Shown: in pieces, positions 19,647 through 28,328 of the stretch
Layout: each line of letters begins with the position of its first letter
Position numbering within the stretch: the first letter of the stretch is position 1
DNA from: an uncultured Verrucomicrobiae bacterium
GTDB taxonomy: Bacteria; Verrucomicrobiota; Verrucomicrobiia; Chthoniobacterales; UBA10450
Assembly (NCBI GenBank): GCA_963815455.1
Contig: CAWFGO010000002.1
Span: forward strand, 352,001 to 416,000
Direction: 5' to 3'
DNA length: 64,000 bases
The notes under the pieces: model-generated
Told to the model about the DNA's origin: nothing
Databases searched by the model: none
What the model saw: only the letters and a program-made list of their open reading frames with translations
Made by a program: the position numbers and the translations under genes

Positions 19647-20465
19647 CTACCCGCCCGGAGAGGGTGAGGGCTCAGGCGGTTTGCTTTCCGCGGAGGGCGC
19701 CGCCGCATTTCCAGCAAGTTCAGCGCGTTCTTTTAACCACGCCTGATATTCCTCCGGCGCATCGACAACGAGTGTTCCCTTCATTCCGGCGTGGCCCAGA
19801 CCACAAAGCTGACCACAAATCACTTCATAGGTGCCGGTGCGCATTGGCTTGAACCACATAGGGATGAGTGAACCCGGAATGGCATCGGCCGCAATCCGCA
19901 TGGACGGCAAACAAAAGTTGTGGATCACATCTTTTGAAGACAGCTCGATGATGACCGGACGATTAACCGGGACATGCAATTCGCCGAGCGTCACGATGTC
20001 ATCCTTGCCGGCCGGATCGCTCGGATCGACTCCCATCGGATTGGAATTGCTGACCAGCTCGACATTGCGACGGCCAAATAGGCCATCGGGGCCGGGCAAA
20101 TGGAAGTTCCAATTAAATTGCTGCCCGGCGACGTGGACCAGAATCACGTCGCTCGTCGTGGGAAATTCGTTCACACGTTTCGCCCAGAGCGGAATCGCGA
20201 ATCCGACCAGGAGCACTGCCTCGATCAAGACAACGGAAAATTCCAGATGGGTCGAAATTCCACTCGTCACTCCCTCGTGATTGGCCACCGGCTGCCGGCC
20301 CTTGCGAAAGCGAAACAAAACAAAAATGAAAAAGGCCGACCAGCCCACAAACAACGCCCCCATGAACCAGTGGCAGAACTCGAGGATGTGATCAATCTGG
20401 TAGCCGTGCTCAGACACGTTGGGTTGCTGACCCAGAAACTCGTTGATCAGCGCCAGGCTATTCAT
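19647..20465 (-). CDS. coxB: Cytochrome c oxidase subunit II
   Basis: CuA motif 'DVIH...CGQLCGLGHAGM'; two TM helices; no C-terminal heme c domain. Confidence 0.93.
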   Translation of the reverse strand: MNSLALINEFLGQQPNVSEHGYQIDHILEFCHWFMGALFVGWSAFFIFVLFRFRKGRQPVANHEGVTSGISTHLEFSVVLIEAVLLVGFAIPLWAKRVNEFPTTSDVILVHVAGQQFNWNFHLPGPDGLFGRRNVELVSNSNPMGVDPSDPAGKDDIVTLGELHVPVNRPVIIELSSKDVIHNFCLPSMRIAADAIPGSLIPMWFKPMRTGTYEVICGQLCGLGHAGMKGTLVVDAPEEYQAWLKERAELAGNAAAPSAESKPPEPSPSPGG

Positions 20466-20748
20466 CGGCGTTCAGATCTTCCTCGGTAAGTTCCTGGTAA
20501 GGTTCGATCGGCATTCTTCCGTGACGCCAAAGATGGAAGCTGAAGGCGCCGATCCCACCAAGAACCGACATCACGGCGCCAAAAAGAAACCAGATTGCCA
20601 CAGCGATGTGCTCGGCCGATTTCCCGTCCTTAGCGCCGTAACAAAAGGGACACGCCGCAACGTGTTGCGCCGAAAATAGGATCGACCCGCCTACGCTCAA
20701 GGCTACGGCGCGGCAGGCGAGGGAAAGGATGGTGGCGAGTTTCTTCAT
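20458..20748 (-). CDS. Small exported/membrane protein with CPFC motif
   Basis: Signal-like N-terminus, 'ACPFCYG' and a C-terminal TM; translationally coupled within the cox operon. Confidence 0.65.
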   Translation of the reverse strand: MKKLATILSLACRAVALSVGGSILFSAQHVAACPFCYGAKDGKSAEHIAVAIWFLFGAVMSVLGGIGAFSFHLWRHGRMPIEPYQELTEEDLNADE

Positions 20749-20954
20749 GTGATGAGACGCAGCCGTTTCATTTTTCGATAGAACCAAATACCGTAAATCA
20801 CCAGCGCGATCGCCGCGGCAAATGAGGCGATTGCCCCGGCCAGGAAAATGGGCGCGCCTTCGACGAGATTGGTCCAAACGCACCACACGCCCAATCCGAG
20901 CGCGAGCAGCGTCGAAAAAACGATAAAAACGATGTGAAATCCTTTAAGCGACAT
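20745..20954 (-). CDS. Small two-TM hypothetical protein
   Basis: 'MSLKGFHIVFI...YGIWFYRKMK'; abuts subunit IV and overlaps the next gene by ATGA. Confidence 0.7.
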   Translation of the reverse strand: MSLKGFHIVFIVFSTLLALGLGVWCVWTNLVEGAPIFLAGAIASFAAAIALVIYGIWFYRKMKRLRLIT

Positions 20955-21296
20955 TTACCGCACAACGGGGTTGTACCACGCCAAAAACGTAAGCCAGAAA
21001 AGGCCGAGCACAAAAAATCCGGTGAAGATGAGGACCCGATAGATGAGGCGCTTTTCCGCGGCCAGATGCATGAAAATCGCGGCGACCAAGCCAGCTTTCA
21101 GTGTGGCAACGAGCATGGCGACCGCGATGTTCGCCTTTTGAGTTCCGAAGTTCACGTAGGAAAGCGCAACCGTGACGGCGGTAAAGGTGAGCAGGATCGC
21201 GCCCACCATGAGATAGCCGCGGACGTGCTTTTGCACATTGTGCGCATATTCCTCGTGCTCGGCCGGATCTTGTGAAACGTCAGGCGGATTGTTCAT
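20955..21296 (-). CDS. ctaF: Cytochrome c oxidase subunit IV (CtaF/CyoD family)
   Basis: Three TM helices; 'KAGLVAAIFMHL'. Confidence 0.88.
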   Translation of the reverse strand: MNNPPDVSQDPAEHEEYAHNVQKHVRGYLMVGAILLTFTAVTVALSYVNFGTQKANIAVAMLVATLKAGLVAAIFMHLAAEKRLIYRVLIFTGFFVLGLFWLTFLAWYNPVVR

Positions 21297-21299
21297 GGC

Positions 21300-22175
21300 T
21301 TAAAGCAGATAAAAAAGCGGGAAGACAAAAATCCAGACAAGATCGACAAAGTGCCAAAACAGGCCGGCTACCTCGACGCGATTAGCCAGATGCTCGGGGT
21401 TGCGCTGGTAAAGCCGTTTGCTGACCGGCAACCACATGTAAATGAAGACGAGCACGCCGCCGAGCACGTGCGCTCCGTGCAACCCGGTGATCGTAAAATA
21501 GCTGGCAAAATAGGAGCTGTGTTTTGGAAAGAACATGCTGGCACGCTGGACGTCCTCCTTCTCGATCGTGGCGATCTTGTCGGTGGCGGGCTTGGGCCAA
21601 AAGTGCGGCCGATCGGTCTGAGGATTCGTCGGCTCCGCATTCAACGGATCGAGAGCGATTTCATACTCCTTAATGTTCGGATTGGTTAAAGCCTCCTTGT
21701 TGTGCAAGTGCCCGGTAATTTCGAGCCGCGGCGCAAGACCTTTGGCGGCGGCGTGCTCGTTGCCGAGATATTTTTCATACTTGGCCAGGGCCTCCGGCTT
21801 AATGAAAACGCCGAAGTGGTCAAACTTCTGCGGCCATTCGTAGCTCAGCTTGACTGCGAGGAAGATTACTCCGCATAAGATCGTGATGAGCATGTACCAC
21901 CAGTAAGCGCGGTACCGGCGCATCTTGAGCGCGGCCCAGGCCAGCACCACCGTGACCGATGAGGCAATGAGGATAGCGGTGTTCATCGTTCCCACCGGAA
22001 CGTTGAGCAAGCCATGCGGCCATTCACCGGGCAACGCATCCAACCGCAAAAAAATGTAGGCGGAAAAAAGCCCGCCGAAGAGCATCACTTCCGAGGCGAG
22101 GAAAAGCCAGATACCGATCTTGGCGTTCCACAGGCCGGTATCGGGCCGGTTGGAGACTGTGTAGGGGATCTCCAT
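21300..22175 (-). CDS. ctaE: Cytochrome c oxidase subunit III
   Basis: 'GIWLFLASEVMLFGGLF', 'TGLHGAHV' and 'GLFWHFVDLVWIFVF'. Confidence 0.93.
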   Translation of the reverse strand: MEIPYTVSNRPDTGLWNAKIGIWLFLASEVMLFGGLFSAYIFLRLDALPGEWPHGLLNVPVGTMNTAILIASSVTVVLAWAALKMRRYRAYWWYMLITILCGVIFLAVKLSYEWPQKFDHFGVFIKPEALAKYEKYLGNEHAAAKGLAPRLEITGHLHNKEALTNPNIKEYEIALDPLNAEPTNPQTDRPHFWPKPATDKIATIEKEDVQRASMFFPKHSSYFASYFTITGLHGAHVLGGVLVFIYMWLPVSKRLYQRNPEHLANRVEVAGLFWHFVDLVWIFVFPLFYLL

Positions 22176-22177
22176 TT

Positions 22178-24073
22178 CTACAAAGGCGTAAGAAGCGCTG
22201 GAGGCTCAACCGGCTCAGGAGGGGGGCTCGGTTTCCGTGGCGCCCGCTCGGCTACGGGCTCATTTTGCATCGTGTAATCGCGATCGGCCCCGGGCAGACT
22301 GTATTCATACGGGCCGCGATAGGCGACGGGAGTCGTGACGAAGTTTCCGTGGGGCGGCGGCGAAGGCGCGGTCCACTCCAGCGTCGTCGCTTCCCATGGG
22401 TTGTCGTTTACTTTTTCACCGTGCTTGATACTCCAGAAGAAATTAATGATGAATGGAATTTGGGCGAGGCCCATGGTCCAGGCCGCCCACGAAATCGGCA
22501 CGTTCCATTGAAAACCGGTCAATCCCCAAATGGTGTGTTCATTGGCCACGCCCCACCCCTGGCCGCCGTCATACCAGCGCCGATGCATCCCGGCCATTCC
22601 CTGCAAAAACATCGGCAGAAAAATCACGTTCATGCAGATGAGCGTCGGCCAGAAATGCACTTTGCCCCAAAACTCGCTCATTCTTCGACCAGTCGCTTTC
22701 GGGAACCAGAAATAAACGCCGGCGAAAAGCCCGAAGATTGTTCCCGGTGCCACAATGTAATGGAAATGCGCAATCACGTAATAAGTGTCGTGCAGATAGA
22801 GATCGGCGGAATTAAAGGCCAGGGGAATGCCAGTTAGGCCGCCGATGCCAAACATCGGTAGAAACGCGACGACGAACAGCATCGGCACGTTGAAACGGAT
22901 CGAGCCGCCCCACAGAGAAATGAAAAAGGCGCTCAGAATGATGACCGACGGGATCGAAATCAACAGAGTCGTAGTCTGGAAAAACGCGCTGACCGTCGAG
23001 CCCATCCCGGTGAGCCACATGTGGTGGGCCCAAACGATGAAGGACAAAAAGCCGAGCACCAGCACTGAAAAAACGAGCGACTTGTAACCCCAAAGCGGCT
23101 TGCGCGAGTTATTGGCCAGGATTTCGCCGACGATCCCGAATGCGGGCAGGATCAAGACGTAAACTTCCGGGTGACCGAGGAACCAGAACAAATGCTGCCA
23201 CAAAATCGGGCTGCCGCCGCCGCTGTTGTGCAGTTGCGTGCCGTTTACCACCAGACCAGCGGGCAGGAAAAAGCTGGTGTCGAAAACGCGATCCATTATC
23301 TGCATGACGATGGCGGCTTCCAGCGGCGGGAAAGCGAGGAGCAACAGGAACGCGGTTACGAATTGCGCCCACACGAAAAACGGCAGCCGCATCCAGGTGA
23401 GCCCCTTGGCCCGCAATTGAATGATGGTGGTGATAAAATTAACCGCGCCCAGCAACGACGAGGTGATAAGAAAAATAAACCCGATCAGCCAGAGCGTTTG
23501 CCCGTTCAAGATCGGAAGATGGCCCGGGCCGGAATCGGCAATTGCCGCCAGCGGAGTATAGGAAGTCCAGCCGCTCTTGGCCGCGCCGCCCGGCACGAAG
23601 AAACTGATCAGCATGATCACTCCGCCGACGTAAAACGCCCAAAAACTTGCGGCATTTACTTTGGGGAAGGTCATGTCCGGCGCGCCGATCTGGAGTGGCA
23701 CAACGAAATTGCCGAAGGCGGCAAATGCCAGCGGCACTACGCCGAGGAAGATCATAATGGTGCCGTGCATGGCCCCGAGCGAGTTGTAAAAATCGGGCGC
23801 CATTTTGCCGTCCGGCATGGTGTTGGCGCCGAAAATGTGAGGGATCCACTTGCCAATGACTGGGAGGGTCTGCCCGGGATAAGCGAGTTGCCAGCGCATC
23901 AGCATCATCAGGCAAAAGCCCATGAACAGGAAAGCCAGGCCGCAAATGCCGTATTGGATGCCGATGACCTTGTGGTCGGTGGAGAAGATGTATTTTCGCC
24001 ACCACCCGAGCTCGTGATGCTCATGGTCGGCCGCGTGCGGATGGTGCGTATCGAGAGAAGCAGAAGCGTCCAT
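22178..24073 (-). CDS. ctaD: Cytochrome c oxidase subunit I, A1 type
   Basis: All six His ligands present: 'MHGT', 'GHPEVY', 'WAHHM' and 'AHFHY'. Confidence 0.96.
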   Translation of the reverse strand: MDASASLDTHHPHAADHEHHELGWWRKYIFSTDHKVIGIQYGICGLAFLFMGFCLMMLMRWQLAYPGQTLPVIGKWIPHIFGANTMPDGKMAPDFYNSLGAMHGTIMIFLGVVPLAFAAFGNFVVPLQIGAPDMTFPKVNAASFWAFYVGGVIMLISFFVPGGAAKSGWTSYTPLAAIADSGPGHLPILNGQTLWLIGFIFLITSSLLGAVNFITTIIQLRAKGLTWMRLPFFVWAQFVTAFLLLLAFPPLEAAIVMQIMDRVFDTSFFLPAGLVVNGTQLHNSGGGSPILWQHLFWFLGHPEVYVLILPAFGIVGEILANNSRKPLWGYKSLVFSVLVLGFLSFIVWAHHMWLTGMGSTVSAFFQTTTLLISIPSVIILSAFFISLWGGSIRFNVPMLFVVAFLPMFGIGGLTGIPLAFNSADLYLHDTYYVIAHFHYIVAPGTIFGLFAGVYFWFPKATGRRMSEFWGKVHFWPTLICMNVIFLPMFLQGMAGMHRRWYDGGQGWGVANEHTIWGLTGFQWNVPISWAAWTMGLAQIPFIINFFWSIKHGEKVNDNPWEATTLEWTAPSPPPHGNFVTTPVAYRGPYEYSLPGADRDYTMQNEPVAERAPRKPSPPPEPVEPPALLTPL

Positions 24074-24170
24074 TGTGAAAATTACCGTTCCAATATCGAA
24101 AGAGAACGGCTCATTGCAAAGCCCGAAATTCGGAAAAAATACATGTCGATCTTGCCTGAATAAACCTGGT

Positions 24171-24443
24171 TTACCGCATACGCGCCTGGCGCTCCATCTC
24201 CCGCTGGATCATCCGTTCGCGGCTTCCCTCTCTCCAGCGATAGGAATAGACACTTATCCCGTGCGCGACCAGCCCAATTCCCCAGCCAAAAACCGACCAC
24301 TTAAACCACAAATGGTCGGGAGTGCGGATGAGATTGAGGATGGCGAGAAATGAATTTACCAGCAGGTAAATGATGACGTGCCGGTAAAAGGCCAGGCGCA
24401 TTTCCACCCGGGCGGCCGCTCGCCGATAAGCAATTTCGTCCAT
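24171..24443 (-). CDS. 2TM domain protein
   Basis: 'FYRHVIIYLLVN...WFKWSVFGWGIGLVAH'. Confidence 0.8.
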   Translation of the reverse strand: MDEIAYRRAAARVEMRLAFYRHVIIYLLVNSFLAILNLIRTPDHLWFKWSVFGWGIGLVAHGISVYSYRWREGSRERMIQREMERQARMR

Positions 24444-24552
24444 AACGCAGACTTCAACATGTCGATCCTAAAATGACCAGCGGAAAACGCACGAAGTAGA
24501 GTCCGCCGATTTGGGATTGGTCCGGGCCGGCGATTCCGGCACGATCTCACTC

Positions 24553-25068
24553 ATGAAATGGATTCTTCGAATCGTCGTTTTGATTCTGGCCCTGATCGCA
24601 ATTGTGGTGGCAATCGGCTACGCATTGCCCGCGCATCATACGCTCACTCGCACAATCAACCTGAAACAAACGCCCGAGGCGGTTTTTGCCGTGCTGGCCG
24701 ATATTCGGAAGATGCCGGAGTGGAACCACGGCATGGAAAGAGTCGAGATGCTCGACCCGATAGACGGCAAGGAGGCGACGAAACAAACATTCAAGGGCGG
24801 AATGACGATGACGATCGTCACCGCGGAGAGCTCGCCGCCCAATCATCTCGTGCGCGAAATGAGCGACGTGGGCGGGCCGATGGTCGGTTCCTGGACTTAC
24901 GAGATCACGCCGGCAGCGGATGGCTGCCAGGTCGCGCTCACCGAACGGGCAACGTTTAAGAACCCGTTCTTTCGAGTGATGATCAAGATTTTCGGTCCGA
25001 CCAAATACATGGATGCACACCTTGTCGATCTTGCCCGGCATTTTGGCGAGACCGCGGAGCCACGATAA
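24553..25068 (+). CDS. SRPBCC (polyketide cyclase/START-like) protein
   Basis: 'TPEAVFAVLADI...PEW' and 'GSWTYEITP...CQVALTE'. Confidence 0.8.
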   Translation: MKWILRIVVLILALIAIVVAIGYALPAHHTLTRTINLKQTPEAVFAVLADIRKMPEWNHGMERVEMLDPIDGKEATKQTFKGGMTMTIVTAESSPPNHLVREMSDVGGPMVGSWTYEITPAADGCQVALTERATFKNPFFRVMIKIFGPTKYMDAHLVDLARHFGETAEPR

Positions 25069-25098
25069 CGGCACGAATTGTGGCTGAGACAGCCGCCT

Positions 25099-25788
25099 CT
25101 ACATCTTTTGATTCCACCACTTCGATAACCGGGACTGGGGAATGTTCGGAATGGCTCTGCCGGCCGCGTCGTAATGTGAGGTGTCGTTGAACAAGGTCAA
25201 TCGCGCCCGCGTCGGGTCGCGAAAATCGACAATGTTCAGCGCCGCCGGTTTTTGATCGAGATTGTCCCGGTACCGGCGCGGATCGAACCCGAGCAGCGAG
25301 CTAAGCAGCAGCCGAATGGTGGCCTTGTGTGACGCGACCAGAATGCATTCGCCCGGATGCTGGCGCACCAGATCAATGAGCACCGGCAGGGCGCGGGCAG
25401 TTACAGTCAGGCCGCTCTCGCCGCCCATCGGGGCGAACGTGTAGGGATCCTTCTCCCACTCCGCGGCTTCCTCGGGAAATTTTTCCTCCACTTCACGCCG
25501 GGTCATTTGCTCCCAGCGCCCGTGTGAAATTTCGCGCAGCCCATCACGCGGTTGTACTTCGAGTTTGTGCGGTGCGGCCAGAATCTGCGCGGTCTCAATG
25601 GTACGGCCCAATGGCGAGGCGTAGATGGCCGCGATTTTTTCGTGACTCAACCGTTCCGCCAAACGCCGCGTTTGTTCGCGGCCCTCATCGGAAAGCTCGA
25701 CATCGGTCGCGCCGGCAAAGCGGTCCTCGGCGGTCAAGACGGTCGCGCCGTGTCTGACCATGAAAACGCGGGTAACAGAAGTCGCCAT
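25099..25788 (-). CDS. Histidine phosphatase (phosphoglycerate mutase family)
   Basis: 'VRHG', 'SPLGR', 'GGES' and 'ASH'; its TAG stop lies in the GTAG of a REP half (25080-25102). Confidence 0.9.
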   Translation of the reverse strand: MATSVTRVFMVRHGATVLTAEDRFAGATDVELSDEGREQTRRLAERLSHEKIAAIYASPLGRTIETAQILAAPHKLEVQPRDGLREISHGRWEQMTRREVEEKFPEEAAEWEKDPYTFAPMGGESGLTVTARALPVLIDLVRQHPGECILVASHKATIRLLLSSLLGFDPRRYRDNLDQKPAALNIVDFRDPTRARLTLFNDTSHYDAAGRAIPNIPQSRLSKWWNQKM

Positions 25789-25866
25789 AGGCCAGCCTGG
25801 TCATGACGCAAATTTCGGCAAAACGCAATCCTGTAGCCGTGCCGGGCTACGAAAACGGAATCGAAG

Positions 25867-26706
25867 TCAGCGCCGGCTGGGCGGCAGCGTCGGAGGCAAG
25901 GCGAAAAAAATCACGGGAATAGCTGCCATCGCAATCACCGCCACCGCCATCAGGGCTTTGTACAAGGTCGTAAGCGAGTTTTCCGAGAACTGATCGGCCA
26001 CTTCGAGCTTGGTCGAAACAATAAGAAGCGCGAAGGCCAGCGCCTCGAGGAAAATGAATCGAATGACCTTGTTGCGACGGCGCCTTTTCGTCAGACGAGG
26101 TTCCTCGCCCCAGCCCGGGAATTGAAAGTCGGGAATATCCGCTTCCGCTGTTTCGATTATCTCCGGCGCCAGGCCGGGCTCATCGTAACTCGCGAAAGGC
26201 TGGGCCAGTTCATCCGGGACGGTTGGCATCACGGGCGTTGCCGGTAACACCCGTTTGGATGTCTGGACCGGTCGAGTTGGTTGGGCTCGCTGGACCGGCG
26301 CAGGAGCAGCCGGTTGCGGTCGCTGGCCCGGTCGTATCGGTCGCACTGGTCGAGCCGGCCGAGGCGCGGCTGCTGGCGGGACCGGAGCTGCCGGCGCGCT
26401 GGGAATTGGCGGCGCAACGGGGACTTTCGGAATGACGGGAGCCGATCGTGCGACCGGAGTCAGGGGCACTAGCGGATTCGACGGCGGCGGAAACCCGCTT
26501 ACATCGAAAGGTTCCTCCGGTCGCGGCGCTTCTATGGGCGCGCTGTTGTTGGTCGCATTCTCCGGTTGCGTCACCGCGGGCAATGTTGGCTGCGACTCGG
26601 CTTGCGCGCCCGGCTCCGGTGCCGATTCCTCCTGCCGCCGTTTCTTCGGTACCGCTCCCTCAGAAAGATCGGGGAAACTGTAGGATTCGCTGGGAATTAG
26701 AGACAT
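25867..26706 (-). CDS. Proline-rich disordered protein with two C-terminal TM helices
   Basis: 279-aa ORF; P/A-rich N-terminus, basic stretch, then two hydrophobic helices. Confidence 0.6.
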   Translation of the reverse strand: MSLIPSESYSFPDLSEGAVPKKRRQEESAPEPGAQAESQPTLPAVTQPENATNNSAPIEAPRPEEPFDVSGFPPPSNPLVPLTPVARSAPVIPKVPVAPPIPSAPAAPVPPAAAPRPARPVRPIRPGQRPQPAAPAPVQRAQPTRPVQTSKRVLPATPVMPTVPDELAQPFASYDEPGLAPEIIETAEADIPDFQFPGWGEEPRLTKRRRRNKVIRFIFLEALAFALLIVSTKLEVADQFSENSLTTLYKALMAVAVIAMAAIPVIFFALPPTLPPSRR

Positions 26707-26828
26707 TTGACGGGAATCCGCTGGAACTACCGTAGTTCCAATTGTTATGACCTATTATAGGCTTTTATCTCTTCCTGATCAACGGCTACCCTCCCTAACG
26801 CGAGACTCAAGCAAGACCCGAACGGGTT

Positions 26829-27035
26829 TCATTTTCGTCCGATAAGGAATGCCACGAAAAGCGACGAAGCCAGCAAGAGAATGGTGCGGAGTTGCTTCCT
26901 GGTCAGATGCACGCCCATTCCCCCGATCGGGAGCGTAACGCGTCCGTTGTTCTGCACGAGGTCGAATTCGTCGTCGTAAAAAGCCTGCCTCTGCGCTCCG
27001 TTACGAGGCTCGCGACGTTTGCCTTTGAGATTCAT
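26829..27035 (-). CDS. Small hypothetical membrane protein
   Basis: 68 aa from ATG 27035 with a C-terminal TM helix. Confidence 0.4.
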   Translation of the reverse strand: MNLKGKRREPRNGAQRQAFYDDEFDLVQNNGRVTLPIGGMGVHLTRKQLRTILLLASSLFVAFLIGRK

Positions 27036-27132
27036 ATCTGCCGTCCAAAACAACTCCAAGCAAAGCATTTCATCTGCCATTTGCCCGACATGCTTTTGGG
27101 AGATATGCCCCCGGTGCCACTTCATCACTCTT

Positions 27133-28206
27133 ATGCAAGATTCGAGCGTGGAAGATCGACATCCGCCCCGCGCGATTATCCATCTCGACATGGATTGTTT
27201 TTACGCCGCGATCGAGGTGCGGGACAACCCGGCCTTGCGTGGGAAACCGGTGGGAGTGGGCGGGGCGCGCGACCGGCGGGGCGTGCTGACGACATGCAAT
27301 TACGAAGCGCGCAAGTTCGGCGTGCGCTCGGCCATGCCCACCTTCATGGCGCTGCAACGCTGTCCGCAGCTCATCGTGCTTCCTACCCGATTCGATGTTT
27401 ACCGGCGCGAAGCCGCCGTCATCCGCGGAATCCTGCACCGGTTCACGCCGTTAATTGAGCCGCTGTCTCTCGATGAAGCCTATCTCGATGTTACCGCACA
27501 TCCGGGCGCTCCCGGCCCGCTCGCCCAGGTGATCCGCGGCATGATTTTTCGCAAAACGAAGCTGACCTCCTCCGCCGGAATCGGTCCAAACAAATTGATC
27601 GCCAAGATCGCCAGCGAAATAAACAAGCCCAACGGACAACTCGAAATCGGTCCGGGCCAGGTGGCCGATTTCATCGCGAAACTGCCTGTCCGAAAAATCT
27701 GGGGAATCGGCGAGAAAACCGAAAAGAAACTGGAAGAGCTGGGCGTTAAAACCTGCGGCGAATTGCAACGCTTCTCCCGGGCCAGGCTGGTCGATCTTTT
27801 CGGCAAGTTCGGTCTCGAACTTTACGATCTTTGCCGCGGGATCGATGACCGGCAAGTCGAGCCGGATCGTCCGCGCAAATCGCTCAGCACCGAGGAAACC
27901 TTCGTTGTCGATCTTGCCACTCTCGAACAATGCGAAGAGAAATTGGAGGAGCTCTTTCAGGATTTGATGGCCGAGCTGGCCCAGAAAGAATCGACCCGGG
28001 TCATCATGAAAATTTTTGTAAAACTGAAGTTCCACGATTTCACCCGCACCACCGCCGAACGCGCCGGGCTCGCGCCGACGCTACCCGATTTTCGAGCATT
28101 GCTCGCCGAAGCGTTTGCCCGCACAGGCAAACCGGTCCGTCTCATCGGCGTCGGTGTCCGGTTCGCCGACCCCGCGCCGGCCGACGCGCAAATTCCGTTG
28201 TTGTAG
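27133..28206 (+). CDS. dinB: DNA polymerase IV
   Basis: 'IIHLDMDCFYAAIE', 'CNYEARKFGVRSAM', 'SLDEAYLD' and 'VRLIGVGV'. Confidence 0.95.
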   Translation: MQDSSVEDRHPPRAIIHLDMDCFYAAIEVRDNPALRGKPVGVGGARDRRGVLTTCNYEARKFGVRSAMPTFMALQRCPQLIVLPTRFDVYRREAAVIRGILHRFTPLIEPLSLDEAYLDVTAHPGAPGPLAQVIRGMIFRKTKLTSSAGIGPNKLIAKIASEINKPNGQLEIGPGQVADFIAKLPVRKIWGIGEKTEKKLEELGVKTCGELQRFSRARLVDLFGKFGLELYDLCRGIDDRQVEPDRPRKSLSTEETFVVDLATLEQCEEKLEELFQDLMAELAQKESTRVIMKIFVKLKFHDFTRTTAERAGLAPTLPDFRALLAEAFARTGKPVRLIGVGVRFADPAPADAQIPLL

Positions 28207-28311
28207 CACAGCCATCCTGGCTGTGGGGCCGGCGGGCTTCCAGCCTGCCGATTCATTGACAAAGCCCAGGCGAGACGCCCGGCGGCCCCACAGGCTGGAA
28301 GCCTGTGCTAC
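28203..28311. repeat. GTAGCACAG-family REP doublet
   Basis: gtagcacagccatcctggctgtgggg ... ccccacaggctggaagcctgtgctac; half copies at 42709 and 60475. Confidence 0.8.
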
Positions 28312-28328
28312 GATTTCGCCTGACGGTT

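Noticed and set aside
27036..27132. LexA (SOS) box upstream of dinB
   Set aside because: I found no convincing palindrome by eye.
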